From: Bacteroidales bacterium
Lineage (GTDB): Bacteria; Bacteroidota; Bacteroidia; Bacteroidales; UBA10428
Length of the DNA stretch: 64,000 nt
Assembly (NCBI GenBank): GCA_050287785.1
Contig: JBNKCO010000003.1
Coordinates: 31,294-95,293, forward strand
Direction: 5' to 3'
The notes under the pieces: generated by a model
Databases searched by the model: none
The model's input: the letters and a program-made list of their open reading frames with translations, nothing else
What the model was told of the DNA's origin: nothing
Translations under genes and position numbers: made by a program
Part shown: in pieces, positions 19,912 through 30,574 of the stretch
Layout: each line of letters begins with the position of its first letter
Position numbering within the stretch: position 1 is the first letter of the stretch

Positions 19912-20395
19912 ACGAATGATTGAGGAGATGGAGCGAAAGGTTTCAGCTGTGGCTCCGGAGAATAAGGCATTTTTAGAGAGGTTAGTTAAAAACAAGCCCA
20001 GGAATCTTGATTCTGTTATTCATGAATTGCATTACGAAGAATTTGAAAAAATTGACTGCCTAGAATGTGCTCGCTGCTGTAAGTCGCTGGGGCCAATGAT
20101 TTTTGAGAGCGATATTGAGAGAATGGCTCCGGCTGTAAAGATGAAAACATCAGCCTTTAAAGATAAGTACATTAAAATCGACGAAGATGGAGATAATATA
20201 TTTAAAGAAAGCCCTTGTCCATTTCTCTGTCACGATAATTTATGTATGATATACGAAAATCGGCCGAAGGCCTGTCGTGAATATCCACATACTGATAGAA
20301 AAAGATTTTATCAGGTAGCAAAAAAAACATACTATAATCTTTCAACTTGTCCGGCAGTATTTGCTATTGTTGAGAAACTTAAGAAAAAACTCTAA
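19898..20395 (+). CDS. YkgJ family cysteine-cluster protein
   Basis: CLECARCC, PCPFL, CMIYENRPKACREYP, CPAV; exact start uncertain. Confidence 0.85.
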   Translation: MSYTKRMIEEMERKVSAVAPENKAFLERLVKNKPRNLDSVIHELHYEEFEKIDCLECARCCKSLGPMIFESDIERMAPAVKMKTSAFKDKYIKIDEDGDNIFKESPCPFLCHDNLCMIYENRPKACREYPHTDRKRFYQVAKKTYYNLSTCPAVFAIVEKLKKKL

Positions 20396-21288
20396 GAATT
20401 CGGTGAAATAACATTCAAGGCTAAAGGCATCATCTCAATTTTAACAGGCCCTTTAAAAATACATGGTTCACCATCGATATGAAATTTGAAATTTTTCTTT
20501 TTTGGAAGAACTATTTTTTTTGCTCTGATTATTTCTATGTATTTACTTTTATCCATAGTACCATTGAATAATCTATAACCTATTATAACTGATTTGTACC
20601 AGGGAAAAGGTTTGAGAATACAAATATCAAAATAGCCATCATCTAATTTTGCTGCCGGAGCAATGAAAGCGTTGTTGCCAAATTGCTTTGCATTGGCAAT
20701 AGTTAATAAGAAGACTTTGCGCTTTATCTTTTCATTATCTATAATTATTTTAAGTTTTTTTGGTTTAAACTTAAAGTATTCTCGAATAGTTATTTTTATA
20801 TAGGTTAGAAAACCTCGCTTAGTATTTTTAGCAAACTTATGCCCTATTTTGGCATCAAAACCAGTTCCACATGTACAAAAGAAGTTTTTGCCATTAACTA
20901 AGCCTACATCAATCTTTGATGTTATTTCTTCGTTAATGCATTTTACAGCCTTAATGGAAGATATAGGAATCTTTAATTCGCGGGCCAGTCCATTCCCTGA
21001 TCCACGCGGAATAACACCAAGTTTTACGGGTTTATAAAGACATGCTGAAGCAACCTCGTTTATAGTTCCATCTCCACCAACTGCTACTACTGTATCTATT
21101 CCATCTTTTATTGCCTTCTCAACTAAATCTGTTCCATGTCCTGGATTTTCAGTAAAGAAGAAAGAGGGATCCCATCTTTTAAGGTCAAGGTTTTCACCTA
21201 TTATTTCTGTGATGCTTCCAGATTTTTTTCTTCCTGCAATTGGATTTATTATGAAAGCAATTCGCTTCGGTATTGTCATTCTTCTCAA
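20392..21288 (-). CDS. Diacylglycerol kinase family (YegS-like) lipid kinase
   Basis: NPIAG, GGDGTINEV, PRGSGNGLAR, GFDA, HIDGE. Confidence 0.92.
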   Translation of the reverse strand: MRRMTIPKRIAFIINPIAGRKKSGSITEIIGENLDLKRWDPSFFFTENPGHGTDLVEKAIKDGIDTVVAVGGDGTINEVASACLYKPVKLGVIPRGSGNGLARELKIPISSIKAVKCINEEITSKIDVGLVNGKNFFCTCGTGFDAKIGHKFAKNTKRGFLTYIKITIREYFKFKPKKLKIIIDNEKIKRKVFLLTIANAKQFGNNAFIAPAAKLDDGYFDICILKPFPWYKSVIIGYRLFNGTMDKSKYIEIIRAKKIVLPKKKNFKFHIDGEPCIFKGPVKIEMMPLALNVISPNS

Positions 21289-21462
21289 TAGTCTTTACAA
21301 TACAAAAGTAAAATACAATTTTAAAGTAATAACTATTTTTAAAGAATAACGTAAAAATGCACTGCATGGAGAATAATCAAAAAAAATAAACGTTTTATTC
21401 ATTTAAACTTTTAGTTACATCTTTTCGTTATATTTTCGCAGGTGACTATTTGCTATAATTTT

Positions 21463-22530
21463 ATGTTGCAAAAAACTGGATATACAATACTGGCATTTCT
21501 TTTTACAATTAATGTTACCATTTCTGCCCAAAGTGGTGGAAATAGTGCCTACGATTTTCTGAATCTGACAAATTCAGCTCGCATTGCGGCATTAGGTGGG
21601 CAACAGATAAGTTTGTTCGACGATGACTTGAATGTGGTATTTCATAATCCATCGTTGTTAAACGAACAAATGAATAATCAGGTAGTGCTTAATTACGTGA
21701 ATTATTTTGCAGGAGTTAACTATGGGTATGCTTCATATGCATGGAATACAGGTAAACCCTACACGCTTGCAGCTGGAATTCATTATGTAAATTATGGCGA
21801 ATTTATTGAGGCAAATGAGTCGGGTATTCAGCAAGGCACTTTTAATGCGGCCGATTATGCCTTTAATTTGTTTTACTCCAGAAGTTTATTTGATAGTTTG
21901 CTAAGAGTTGGACTGAATATAAAGCCTTTATATTCTGATCTTGAAACATACAACTCACTTGGTTTAGCAATTGATGGAGGTCTAACTTATTATAATCCGG
22001 ATAAATTATTTAGTGCAGCCCTTGTTATTAAAAATGCAGGCATGCAAATAAAGAAATACTATCACGCTCAAAATAGGGAGCCTCTTCCGTTTGAAATACA
22101 GATTGGAATAACTAAGGGGCTATCACATGCACCTTTCAGGTTTTCTATAATCGGACAGCAATTACAAAACTGGGATTTAAAGTACAAGACTGAAAAGGAA
22201 TTAGAAGAAGAGAATAATCAAATATTGCTTGGAGAAGCTCCTGGTAGTAATCCTATGGGCGATTTCGCTGATAATTTAATGCGTCATATTATATTTGGAT
22301 TAGAGTTTCTTCCTTCAAAGAACTTTAATGTTCAATTAGGTTATAACTATAAGCGCCGACAGGAAATGAAGATAAATGAAAAAGCTGCAACTGTTGGATT
22401 TTCATGGGGATTTGGAATACGAGTTAAGAAGTTTCAAATAAACTATGGACGTTCATCGTATCATTTAGCACGAGGAACAAACCATTTTTCCATTACAACA
22501 AATCTTTCCGATTTTAAACCAAGCTTGTAG
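21463..22530 (+). CDS. porQ: Type IX secretion system protein PorQ
   Basis: YDFLNLTNSARIAALGG, NPSLL, GYNYKRRQEM; conserved position upstream of cmk. Confidence 0.85.
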   Translation: MLQKTGYTILAFLFTINVTISAQSGGNSAYDFLNLTNSARIAALGGQQISLFDDDLNVVFHNPSLLNEQMNNQVVLNYVNYFAGVNYGYASYAWNTGKPYTLAAGIHYVNYGEFIEANESGIQQGTFNAADYAFNLFYSRSLFDSLLRVGLNIKPLYSDLETYNSLGLAIDGGLTYYNPDKLFSAALVIKNAGMQIKKYYHAQNREPLPFEIQIGITKGLSHAPFRFSIIGQQLQNWDLKYKTEKELEEENNQILLGEAPGSNPMGDFADNLMRHIIFGLEFLPSKNFNVQLGYNYKRRQEMKINEKAATVGFSWGFGIRVKKFQINYGRSSYHLARGTNHFSITTNLSDFKPSL

Positions 22531-22663
22531 AACAATTCTGCTGATTCTTACAATAAAAAAATAAAAACCTTTTCTAGGCAATTTACCTTGATTAAAAGAA
22601 TAGAATTGTATCTGGACTTAAATTGAAGAAAATCAATTAATTTTGGAAGCTTACTTGCAACCT

Positions 22664-23362
22664 ATGGAATTAAAACAAAAAATTATTATTGCTATTGATG
22701 GATTTTCTTCCTGTGGGAAAAGCTCCTTTGCAAAACTAATAGCAAAAGATCTGAATTACATTTTCATTGATACAGGTGCAATGTATCGGGCGGTTTCACT
22801 CTATGCTATTCAGCATAAAATGGTGTCGAAAAACTCTGTTGATTCCAGGCAATTACTTTCTGTTTTAAAGAGTATAAAAATTTCATTTCAGCGCAAGGGC
22901 GATAAAGTATTTACATACTTGAATAATATAAATGTTGAAGATGAAATACGAGGTATTGAAGTTTCGAGCCTTGTAAGCGAAGTAAGTAAAATTAAGGAGG
23001 TTAGAGAATACCTCGTTAGCTTGCAACAAGAAATGGGTATGCAAAAGGGAATTGTAATGGATGGACGAGATATTGGAACCGTTGTATTTCCTAATGCTGA
23101 AGTTAAAATTTATATGACTGCAAGTTCTGATGTAAGGGCTAAAAGACGATTTGATGAGCTGACAGAAAAGGGCTTAAAAGTTTCTCTAGAGGAAATAAAA
23201 AATAATATTGAAGATCGTGATTATAATGATCTCAATCGAAAGGAAAGTCCTTTAAAACAAGCTAAGGATGCTTCAATTCTTGACAATAGCAATATGACTT
23301 TTGCCGAACAGATGCAATGGTTTAAAAAGTTGCTTATTTCCAAAAATTATTTAGAAGGTTAA
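22664..23362 (+). CDS. cmk: Cytidylate kinase
   Basis: IAIDGFSSCGKS, DTGAMYR, MDGRDIGTVVFP. Confidence 0.96.
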   Translation: MELKQKIIIAIDGFSSCGKSSFAKLIAKDLNYIFIDTGAMYRAVSLYAIQHKMVSKNSVDSRQLLSVLKSIKISFQRKGDKVFTYLNNINVEDEIRGIEVSSLVSEVSKIKEVREYLVSLQQEMGMQKGIVMDGRDIGTVVFPNAEVKIYMTASSDVRAKRRFDELTEKGLKVSLEEIKNNIEDRDYNDLNRKESPLKQAKDASILDNSNMTFAEQMQWFKKLLISKNYLEG

Positions 23363-23366
23363 GAGA

Positions 23367-24227
23367 ATGGAAATATTTATTGATGAAAAGTCTGGTTTCT
23401 GTTTTGGTGTTAGAAAAGCTATTGCTTTTGCCGAGGAAGAATTGAAAAGAGTTGGTTCCCTTTATTGCTTAGGTGATATTGTTCATAACGAAATGGAGGT
23501 TGAACGTCTTGAGAAGCTTGGCTTAGAAGTTATTCAACGCGAAAAATTTTATACGCTGACCGATTGCAAGGTGCTAATACGTGCGCATGGCGAACCACCG
23601 GAAATTTACAAGCATGCCAGGCAGAATAACATTGAATTAATTGATGGTACCTGTCCGGTAGTATTAAAACTGCAAGACAAAATAAAGTCTAGTCATGCTA
23701 ATTTGAAAGAAAAGGGAACCGTAATTATTTTTGGAAAACCGGAACATCCAGAAGTCATTGGTTTAATTGGTCAGGTTAATGGCGAAGCCCATGTTATTCA
23801 GGAAGAGAAAGACCTTAAAGATGTAGATTTCACAAGACCTATAGTTCTATATTCTCAAACAACCATGAGTAAGGAACGATATTGGGAGCTAAAAACAGAA
23901 GTGGAAAATCGGCTGACTTCTCCAGACTTATTGGATGCAAATGATTCAATATGTGGTCAGGTTTCTAACAGGGCTCCCGGGTTAGAGAGTTTTAGTAGCT
24001 CGATGGATGCAATTGTGTTTGTAGGTGGTAAAAAAAGTTCAAACAGTAAAGTTTTATATAAGCATTGCCAGACTGTAAATAAAAATAGTTTCTTTGTTTC
24101 TAATGTTGAGGAGGCAAAATCCCTTTCTTTAAATCAATTCAAAAAGATTGGAATTTGTGGAGCAACATCTACTCCGCGTTGGTTGATGGATGAGGTAGCT
24201 GAACAAATAAAAACTACCTTCGCCTAA
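23367..24227 (+). CDS. ispH: 4-hydroxy-3-methylbut-2-enyl diphosphate reductase
   Basis: GFCFGV, IVHN, RAHG, DGTCPVV, SQTT, SIC, SSNS, GATSTP. Confidence 0.96.
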   Translation: MEIFIDEKSGFCFGVRKAIAFAEEELKRVGSLYCLGDIVHNEMEVERLEKLGLEVIQREKFYTLTDCKVLIRAHGEPPEIYKHARQNNIELIDGTCPVVLKLQDKIKSSHANLKEKGTVIIFGKPEHPEVIGLIGQVNGEAHVIQEEKDLKDVDFTRPIVLYSQTTMSKERYWELKTEVENRLTSPDLLDANDSICGQVSNRAPGLESFSSSMDAIVFVGGKKSSNSKVLYKHCQTVNKNSFFVSNVEEAKSLSLNQFKKIGICGATSTPRWLMDEVAEQIKTTFA

Positions 24228-26720
24228 ATGTCATTGTTTCAAACCACATACATCGATGTATTACTGCCGGTTGCAGTTCCAAACCTATATACTTATCATT
24301 TAGGGCCGGAAACAAATCCATTATCGTTAAAGCCAGGCATGAGAGTTTGTGTCCAGTTCGGAAAAAGAAAACTACATACCGCACTGGTTGTTAATATCCA
24401 TAGTAATCCGCCAGCCGAATATGAGACTAAAGAAATTATTGCTATTCTTGATGATTACCCGGTAATAAAATCATGGCAGTTTAAATTCTGGAAATGGGTT
24501 GCAGAATACTACATGTGTACAAATGGTGAGGTATATGCAGCTGCTATGCCATCTGGGTTAAGACCTGAGGGACAAACCAGGCTGTATCTTGAAGAGTTGC
24601 CATCAAATGGTATAGAGTTGACTCCTGCTGAGAAGATAATTTATTCAGTTCTTTCGAATAATCCAGGCATTTCTATTGAGCAACTTCAGGAACAGACTGA
24701 AAGAAAACAAATAATGCCTGTTCTTCGCGATTTGCAACTTAAAGGTGTGTTGGCATTTGAAGAGTCACTGAAGGAAGAAGTTAAGGCAAAAGAAGTTGAT
24801 TTAATCTGTTTGCATAAAAACTTACAAATGGAAGCTGTTATAAACGAGTTACTAAACGGAATAGAGCGCAAAGCTCCGAAACAACTCGCTACATTAATGG
24901 CATATTTACAGTTATGCGGGTATTTAACAAATAAAGAATTTAATCCGGTTCGAAAACAGGATGTTATTAAGGAATCAGGAGTTTCAGCATCAGTTATTAA
25001 AACCCTTATCGACAAAGAGATATTCACTCTTGAGAAGGAGGAAATTTCAAGGCTCTCGACTTATTCATATGAGACTTCTAAACCATTAAGATTAAGTGAT
25101 AATCAACAAATAGCTTTCAGGGAAATAAAAGAAAATTTTGAAGAAAAGGATACTGTGCTTATGCATGGTGTTACTTCAAGTGGTAAAACAGAAATCTATA
25201 TACACCTTATTGAAGATCAGCTTCAACAAGGGAAACAGGTTCTGTATTTATTGCCGGAGATTGCTCTTACAACTCAAATTATAACTCGCCTTCAGAATGT
25301 TTTTGGAGATGCAGTTGGTGTTTATCATTCGAAATTTAATAATGCAGAAAGAGTTGAAATATGGAACAATTTGCTGGGTAGACGTCCGGCAGACAGTGCT
25401 GAGTATAAAATTATTCTCGGAGTTCGTTCATCCTTATTTTTACCATTCGAGGATTTAGGTCTAATAATTGTTGATGAGGAGCATGAGAGCACTTATAAGC
25501 AATTCGATCCGGCACCACGATATCATGCTCGCGATGCTGCTGTTGTGTTAGCATCAATTCATAAGGCTAAAGTTTTATTAGGTACAGCAACGCCTTCGCT
25601 TGAGAGCTATTTCAATGTGAAAATTGGAAAGTACGCAATGGTTGAGCTTTTTCAGAGACACTTAAATATAAAACTTCCTGAAGTTCAGGTTATCAATATC
25701 AGGGAAGCGCGACGGAAAAAGCAGATGAATTCTCATTTTAGTCCACAACTGGTTGAGGAAATACAAAAAGCAATTAAGCAGGAAGAGCAAGTTATACTTT
25801 TTCAGAATCGCAGAGGATTTTCACCCTACTTAGAGTGTTACGACTGCGGATGGATACCCAATTGTCAGCATTGCGATGTTAGTTTGACCTATCATAAAGG
25901 AATTAATAAGCTAATTTGTCATTATTGCGGGTATAGTATGGTTCCTGTTGTTCAATGTAAAGCCTGTGGTAGCACAAATGTACAAACTCGTGGATTTGGA
26001 ACGGAAAAAATTGAAGATGAAATTAAGCTTCTTTTTCCTGAAATTAAAGTAGGTAGAATGGACCAAGATAGCACACGAAAGAAAAAGGCTTACGAAGAAA
26101 TAATTGAAAGCTTTGCATCTGGACAAATTGATATTTTAATTGGAACCCAGATGGTTTCTAAAGGATTGGATTTCGATAATGTAAGTATTGTGGGTATTCT
26201 AAATGCCGACAACATGCTTAACTACCCTGATTTCAGAGCTTATGAGAGAAGTTTTCAGTTAATGTCGCAAGTAAGTGGTAGGGCCGGGCGTAAAAAGAAG
26301 CAAGGGAAAGTTATTATACAAACCTCTGATCCCAAAAATGAAATTATACAACAGGTTGTAGATAATAATTATGCTGAATTCTTCAACCATCAGTTTAAGG
26401 AGCGTAATAAGTACAAATACCCACCATTTTATCGTCTGATTAATCTTACTGTAAGGCATAAAGAGAAAGAGATTTTAAACAAAGCTGCCTGGCTTTTAAC
26501 TAAGGAACTGCAAAGATATTTCGGCAATCGGATACTTGGACCCGAATCACCTGTTATTAGTCGAATTCAGAATTGGCATATAAAACAAATAACTATTAAG
26601 CTTGAGAAAAACCAGGAAATAGCCAATCACAAACAAAAGATTAACGAGATTATAATAGCACTTAAAACAATGGAGGGCTTTGCCTCTTTGCAAGTTATTC
26701 CTGATGTTGATTTTTATTAA
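24228..26720 (+). CDS. priA: Primosomal protein N' (replication restart helicase)
   Basis: GVTSSGKTE, DEEH, NRRG, two Cys-rich Zn sites, QVSGRAGR. Confidence 0.97.
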   Translation: MSLFQTTYIDVLLPVAVPNLYTYHLGPETNPLSLKPGMRVCVQFGKRKLHTALVVNIHSNPPAEYETKEIIAILDDYPVIKSWQFKFWKWVAEYYMCTNGEVYAAAMPSGLRPEGQTRLYLEELPSNGIELTPAEKIIYSVLSNNPGISIEQLQEQTERKQIMPVLRDLQLKGVLAFEESLKEEVKAKEVDLICLHKNLQMEAVINELLNGIERKAPKQLATLMAYLQLCGYLTNKEFNPVRKQDVIKESGVSASVIKTLIDKEIFTLEKEEISRLSTYSYETSKPLRLSDNQQIAFREIKENFEEKDTVLMHGVTSSGKTEIYIHLIEDQLQQGKQVLYLLPEIALTTQIITRLQNVFGDAVGVYHSKFNNAERVEIWNNLLGRRPADSAEYKIILGVRSSLFLPFEDLGLIIVDEEHESTYKQFDPAPRYHARDAAVVLASIHKAKVLLGTATPSLESYFNVKIGKYAMVELFQRHLNIKLPEVQVINIREARRKKQMNSHFSPQLVEEIQKAIKQEEQVILFQNRRGFSPYLECYDCGWIPNCQHCDVSLTYHKGINKLICHYCGYSMVPVVQCKACGSTNVQTRGFGTEKIEDEIKLLFPEIKVGRMDQDSTRKKKAYEEIIESFASGQIDILIGTQMVSKGLDFDNVSIVGILNADNMLNYPDFRAYERSFQLMSQVSGRAGRKKKQGKVIIQTSDPKNEIIQQVVDNNYAEFFNHQFKERNKYKYPPFYRLINLTVRHKEKEILNKAAWLLTKELQRYFGNRILGPESPVISRIQNWHIKQITIKLEKNQEIANHKQKINEIIIALKTMEGFASLQVIPDVDFY

Positions 26721-26725
26721 TGCGT

Positions 26726-27892
26726 TTAGCGAGGAGCTAAAGGAATTAAAGCAACAAAATAATCATGAATAAAGATAAGGTTAAAAAATTGGCTTAATTC
26801 TTTTTCTGAAGTATCTTTGTGAATATAGATAATCCTTTTCCTTCCAGGGTTTTTCATTAGAAATCTAAGCTGATTATCTATGTAAAATTCAGAAACTAAG
26901 AATCTATCATTCCGTTTTACCAGAAAATTTATTCCATATAAGTTACCTTCAATATTTGTAACACTTTTTAATTCAACATTTCCTACAATAGTATCTTTTT
27001 CTAATATTTCCATTTCGAGCCCAGATGTCCCATACAACAGTTTATTTTCCAGATCTGGATCTTTTTTCAGTTGAACTATTAGACTATCGGAATTAAAATG
27101 GTTGATTATATAATACTTATCGAGTAGATTATCAAAATAGGGACCTATTTTATTACCTTTTGTAACATTTTTAGGAAATTCATCAGTAAACTCAAAAACT
27201 TTCTTCTGATTCTCAATGTCACTTCCATAATAGTAGGTTCTTAATTTGATTGTAAGGTCGAATTTGTAGGCGTAATCCAAAAATTCTTTAAAAGATGGTT
27301 TGGAAATGAACCTTTTGGGTTCAAGTTGGGATTTTCCCTCAAAAGCTAATTTGAGTCCATCTAGATAGAAGAAATAAAAATCATTTTCCCCTATCTCAGC
27401 ATTTCCTGTAATATTATCATCGAGGGTAATACTAAAAGGAATGTTGCTTTGAAACTTATAAACCGACCGTCCTTTTGAATTAAAAGCTTTTACCTTGGTT
27501 ATGAATGAGTAAGTTATTATTCCATCGAGGTCAGCAACCAGTTTCAAGGTTGATTCAATACTAACATACAAGTCGGCTAAAGAACTCTTTGTTTTACTTA
27601 TCGCTTTGGCGTATGTGGGTTGATTAAAATGCGATGCAGCATAACTAATACTATCATATCGCAAGAACTCTATTTCCATGTCCCCAAACCTCTTAATAAG
27701 ATGTTTCTCAATATCCTTATAAACATCTTGGATGAATTCTTTTTGGTGAAAATAAAAAGGAAATGTTGTTGAATTTATATTCTGGGCTTTTTTTAAAGTA
27801 TAATTTATGTCGGTTACCAGAGCCTTCTTGTAATGTTGCGCCGAACCGAAAATGGCTAATAGCGATATGAGAAGTGAGAAAGTAATTTTCAT
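26726..27892 (-). CDS. Hypothetical secreted protein (start moved to ATG 27892)
   Basis: MKITFSLLISLLAIFGSAQ signal peptide; TAnnTTTG at 27933-27940; paralog of the upstream ORF. Confidence 0.7.
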   Translation of the reverse strand: MKITFSLLISLLAIFGSAQHYKKALVTDINYTLKKAQNINSTTFPFYFHQKEFIQDVYKDIEKHLIKRFGDMEIEFLRYDSISYAASHFNQPTYAKAISKTKSSLADLYVSIESTLKLVADLDGIITYSFITKVKAFNSKGRSVYKFQSNIPFSITLDDNITGNAEIGENDFYFFYLDGLKLAFEGKSQLEPKRFISKPSFKEFLDYAYKFDLTIKLRTYYYGSDIENQKKVFEFTDEFPKNVTKGNKIGPYFDNLLDKYYIINHFNSDSLIVQLKKDPDLENKLLYGTSGLEMEILEKDTIVGNVELKSVTNIEGNLYGINFLVKRNDRFLVSEFYIDNQLRFLMKNPGRKRIIYIHKDTSEKELSQFFNLIFIHDYFVALIPLAPR

Positions 27893-27986
27893 CAACCTTG
27901 TTTTAGAACTGAGCTTGCTTAGTTTTGACTCACAAAAATAATATAACAACTGAAAAGCACTCATTTATTTTAAATAGGATTAGTCT

Positions 27987-28409
27987 TCATCTTCGGCTTT
28001 GCTTTTTTTTTGTGTTAAAGTTATAGCCCCATTCACCGCTTTTAATAAATCCCTCAGCAAGCATGGATCTTATCTGAACATATAAATTCCCTTTGACTCC
28101 TGAAATTTTAGCAATTTCTCTTCCGTTTTGAGAAGGCGCAAAAATACCTTCAGTATATTTTATTCTTTTCGAATTAAGAAAAAGAACCGTATCCAAGCTA
28201 AACTTCTCTTTAATCAATTTTGAAATATCTGAATGTACATCTTCAATAAATTCTTTATGGTGAAAGTAAAATGGGAAAGATTTTGTACTAACTATAGATA
28301 AATTAGTTAAAAAGCAATCTACATTTGTTACAACACCCACCTTATTGTTTTGTGCTAAAATGTAGGAACAGAGAGTTAAAAAAATTATAAATAAGTAGTA
28401 CTTCTTCAT
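27987..28409 (-). pseudogene. Truncated paralog of the adjacent secreted protein
   Basis: FPFYFHHKEFIEDVHSDI vs FPFYFHQKEFIQDVYKDI; similarity ends at a poly-A run after 140 aa. Confidence 0.6.
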
Positions 28410-28669
28410 AGAGAGAAGATTATGTTCGGTTTGCGCCTCAAATATTCTGCCAAAGTTATAGAATGAATGAATTTATTTATTTTATATTTTACTTAGCTAA
28501 ACTGAAGGAACTCACCTTACTAAAAGACTAAATATATGAAAACAATTTAATGTAGCAAGTTAGTTGTAGCGACTGTCTGGCAAGGGGTTCAATCTGTGAT
28601 TTGCATATAAAACTTTTGCAAAGTTTTGACGTAGAAAGAAATTCAACCATTTAAAAATTATAATATAGC

Positions 28670-28939
28670 ATGGAAGTAAGTCAAAGATTAGTTTTTTGTA
28701 AGAGATGCGCTAAGAAGGGATTTTCAGCACAATCAGGAGTTGTTTGTTCATTGACAAACGAAAAACCCACATTTGAGACAACTTGTGCAGATTTTATTCT
28801 TGATGAAAAGGAAGAGAAGAGAGTAACTGCAAGAGATAACCAAATTGAACAAGATAAAAAAGCAGGTAACTATCAGATTTGGGTTGCTATTGGTATTGTA
28901 TTAATAATTATCAAAATAGTTCTTAGGTTCATGCGTTAG
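28670..28939 (+). CDS. Small Cys4 (zinc-ribbon-like) protein with C-terminal TM anchor
   Basis: FCKRC...VVCSLTNEKPTF...CADF, then one hydrophobic helix. Confidence 0.75.
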   Translation: MEVSQRLVFCKRCAKKGFSAQSGVVCSLTNEKPTFETTCADFILDEKEEKRVTARDNQIEQDKKAGNYQIWVAIGIVLIIIKIVLRFMR

Positions 28940-29000
28940 AATGGCTTAATTATTCTTTAAAATTAACTTGGTTTATCAATATCGATTAGTTAAAGAAAAA

Positions 29001-29043
29001 CTTCTCGACCCCTCTTGATTGTTATCGGGAGGAGTCGAGAGTT
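29001..29043. terminator. Hairpin between convergent genes
   Basis: TCTCGAC...GTCGAGA outer stem with inner CCTC/GAGG pairing. Confidence 0.55.
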
Positions 29044-29119
29044 ATGTATCTTAAAACAAAAAACATCTTAACTAAACGGCACAGCAGGCTCACCATGGGA
29101 TAGTTATAAAAGGCAATTG

Positions 29120-30283
29120 CTATAAACTATTTTCAAGAATAGCTTGTACATCCTTTTTATCGAGCTTTTTTACTGCACCTAACTCTCCAAATTGAGTAGC
29201 CTGAGCAGCCATGTGTTCTATTTTAGTGCTATCTATACCAATTTCTGTTAAAGTTGAAGGCACACCTAAAGATTTAAAGAATTCACTTGTGGCATTAATT
29301 CCCTGAAGGGCCTGTTCATATTTATCGGTTTCTTTTATGTTCCATACTTTGTCGGCAAACATTGCAAAACGATCAACCGTTTCATCATTTAGAACATACT
29401 TCATCCAGTTAGGTAAAACAATTGCCAAACCTAAACCATGTGCAATATCATAAACAGCACTAAGTTCATGTTCAATCCCATGTGTTGACCAATCGCCACC
29501 AGACTTTCCATATCCGATTAATCCGTTTAATGCTAAACTTCCAGCCCACATAAGGTTTGCTCTTGCTTCATAGTTTTTAGGTTCATCTATTGCTGTATGA
29601 CCATAATGTATGCATGTATTTAAAATTGCTTCAGAGATACGGTCAATTAGTAAAGCTGAATCAGTAGGATCAAAATATAGTTCACATACATGAGTGAAGA
29701 TATCAATAACCCCGTATGCCGTTTGATCAGTAGGTACAGAATAGGTTAAACTTGGATCTAAAATTGAGAAAACAGGTCTTGTTAGGTCTGTTCCAAAAGC
29801 TAGCTTTTCACCTGTTTCTTCATTTGAAATCACTGCGTTTCCATTCATTTCAGAACCAGTAGCCGATAAAGTCAATACTGTTGCTAATGGAAGAGCGCTT
29901 TTTATTTTGGCTTTGTGAGTACAAAACAGCCAAGGGTCTACGTCCATGGAAGCTCCAGCAGCCATTGCTTTAGAAGCATCTATTACAGAGCCACCACCAA
30001 TTGCCAGAATAAAATTAAGTTTATGTTCCTTAATTAATTTTATTCCTTCATTAACACTTTTAATGCTCGGGTTGGGTTTTATTCCATTTATCTCTTTGTA
30101 AAAAACTCCATGTTCTTTAAGATCGTTGGTAATGATTTCAAATAGTCCACTAGATTTTATTCGTTCTGAGCCATATGCTATTAATATTCGAGAAGAGAAT
30201 TTACCTATTTCTGTTCCTATTTTATTCACAGTTCCCTCTCCAAAAAAAACTTTTGTAGATATGTTATAAGTAAAATTATTCAT
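29120..30283 (-). CDS. Iron-containing alcohol dehydrogenase (butanol dehydrogenase/YqhD-like)
   Basis: GGGSVIDASK, TLSATGSEMN, DIFTH, HGIEHELS, HGLGLA. Confidence 0.93.
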   Translation of the reverse strand: MNNFTYNISTKVFFGEGTVNKIGTEIGKFSSRILIAYGSERIKSSGLFEIITNDLKEHGVFYKEINGIKPNPSIKSVNEGIKLIKEHKLNFILAIGGGSVIDASKAMAAGASMDVDPWLFCTHKAKIKSALPLATVLTLSATGSEMNGNAVISNEETGEKLAFGTDLTRPVFSILDPSLTYSVPTDQTAYGVIDIFTHVCELYFDPTDSALLIDRISEAILNTCIHYGHTAIDEPKNYEARANLMWAGSLALNGLIGYGKSGGDWSTHGIEHELSAVYDIAHGLGLAIVLPNWMKYVLNDETVDRFAMFADKVWNIKETDKYEQALQGINATSEFFKSLGVPSTLTEIGIDSTKIEHMAAQATQFGELGAVKKLDKKDVQAILENSL

Positions 30284-30574
30284 GTTTTTGCTTTTAATAT
30301 TATTGATACTTGAATGTGCAAAATTAGTTAAAGAATGCCAGTAAGCATGAAAAATAAATCTTTTAACAATTGATTGTACACTATTGTTCTACTATTAGAA
30401 ATCTTTAAATGAAATTCAACTAATTACCTTTTGTCTCATTACTCAAATCTAAATAATCAAGCTTATAAACAACCAAGTTTACTACGAGCTCACCGAGAGT
30501 AATTTAGTTAATGAGCTCCCGCTGATCGGTTGAGAGCTTAACGAAGTTAGCTAATGATATATAGGCATTCAGCA

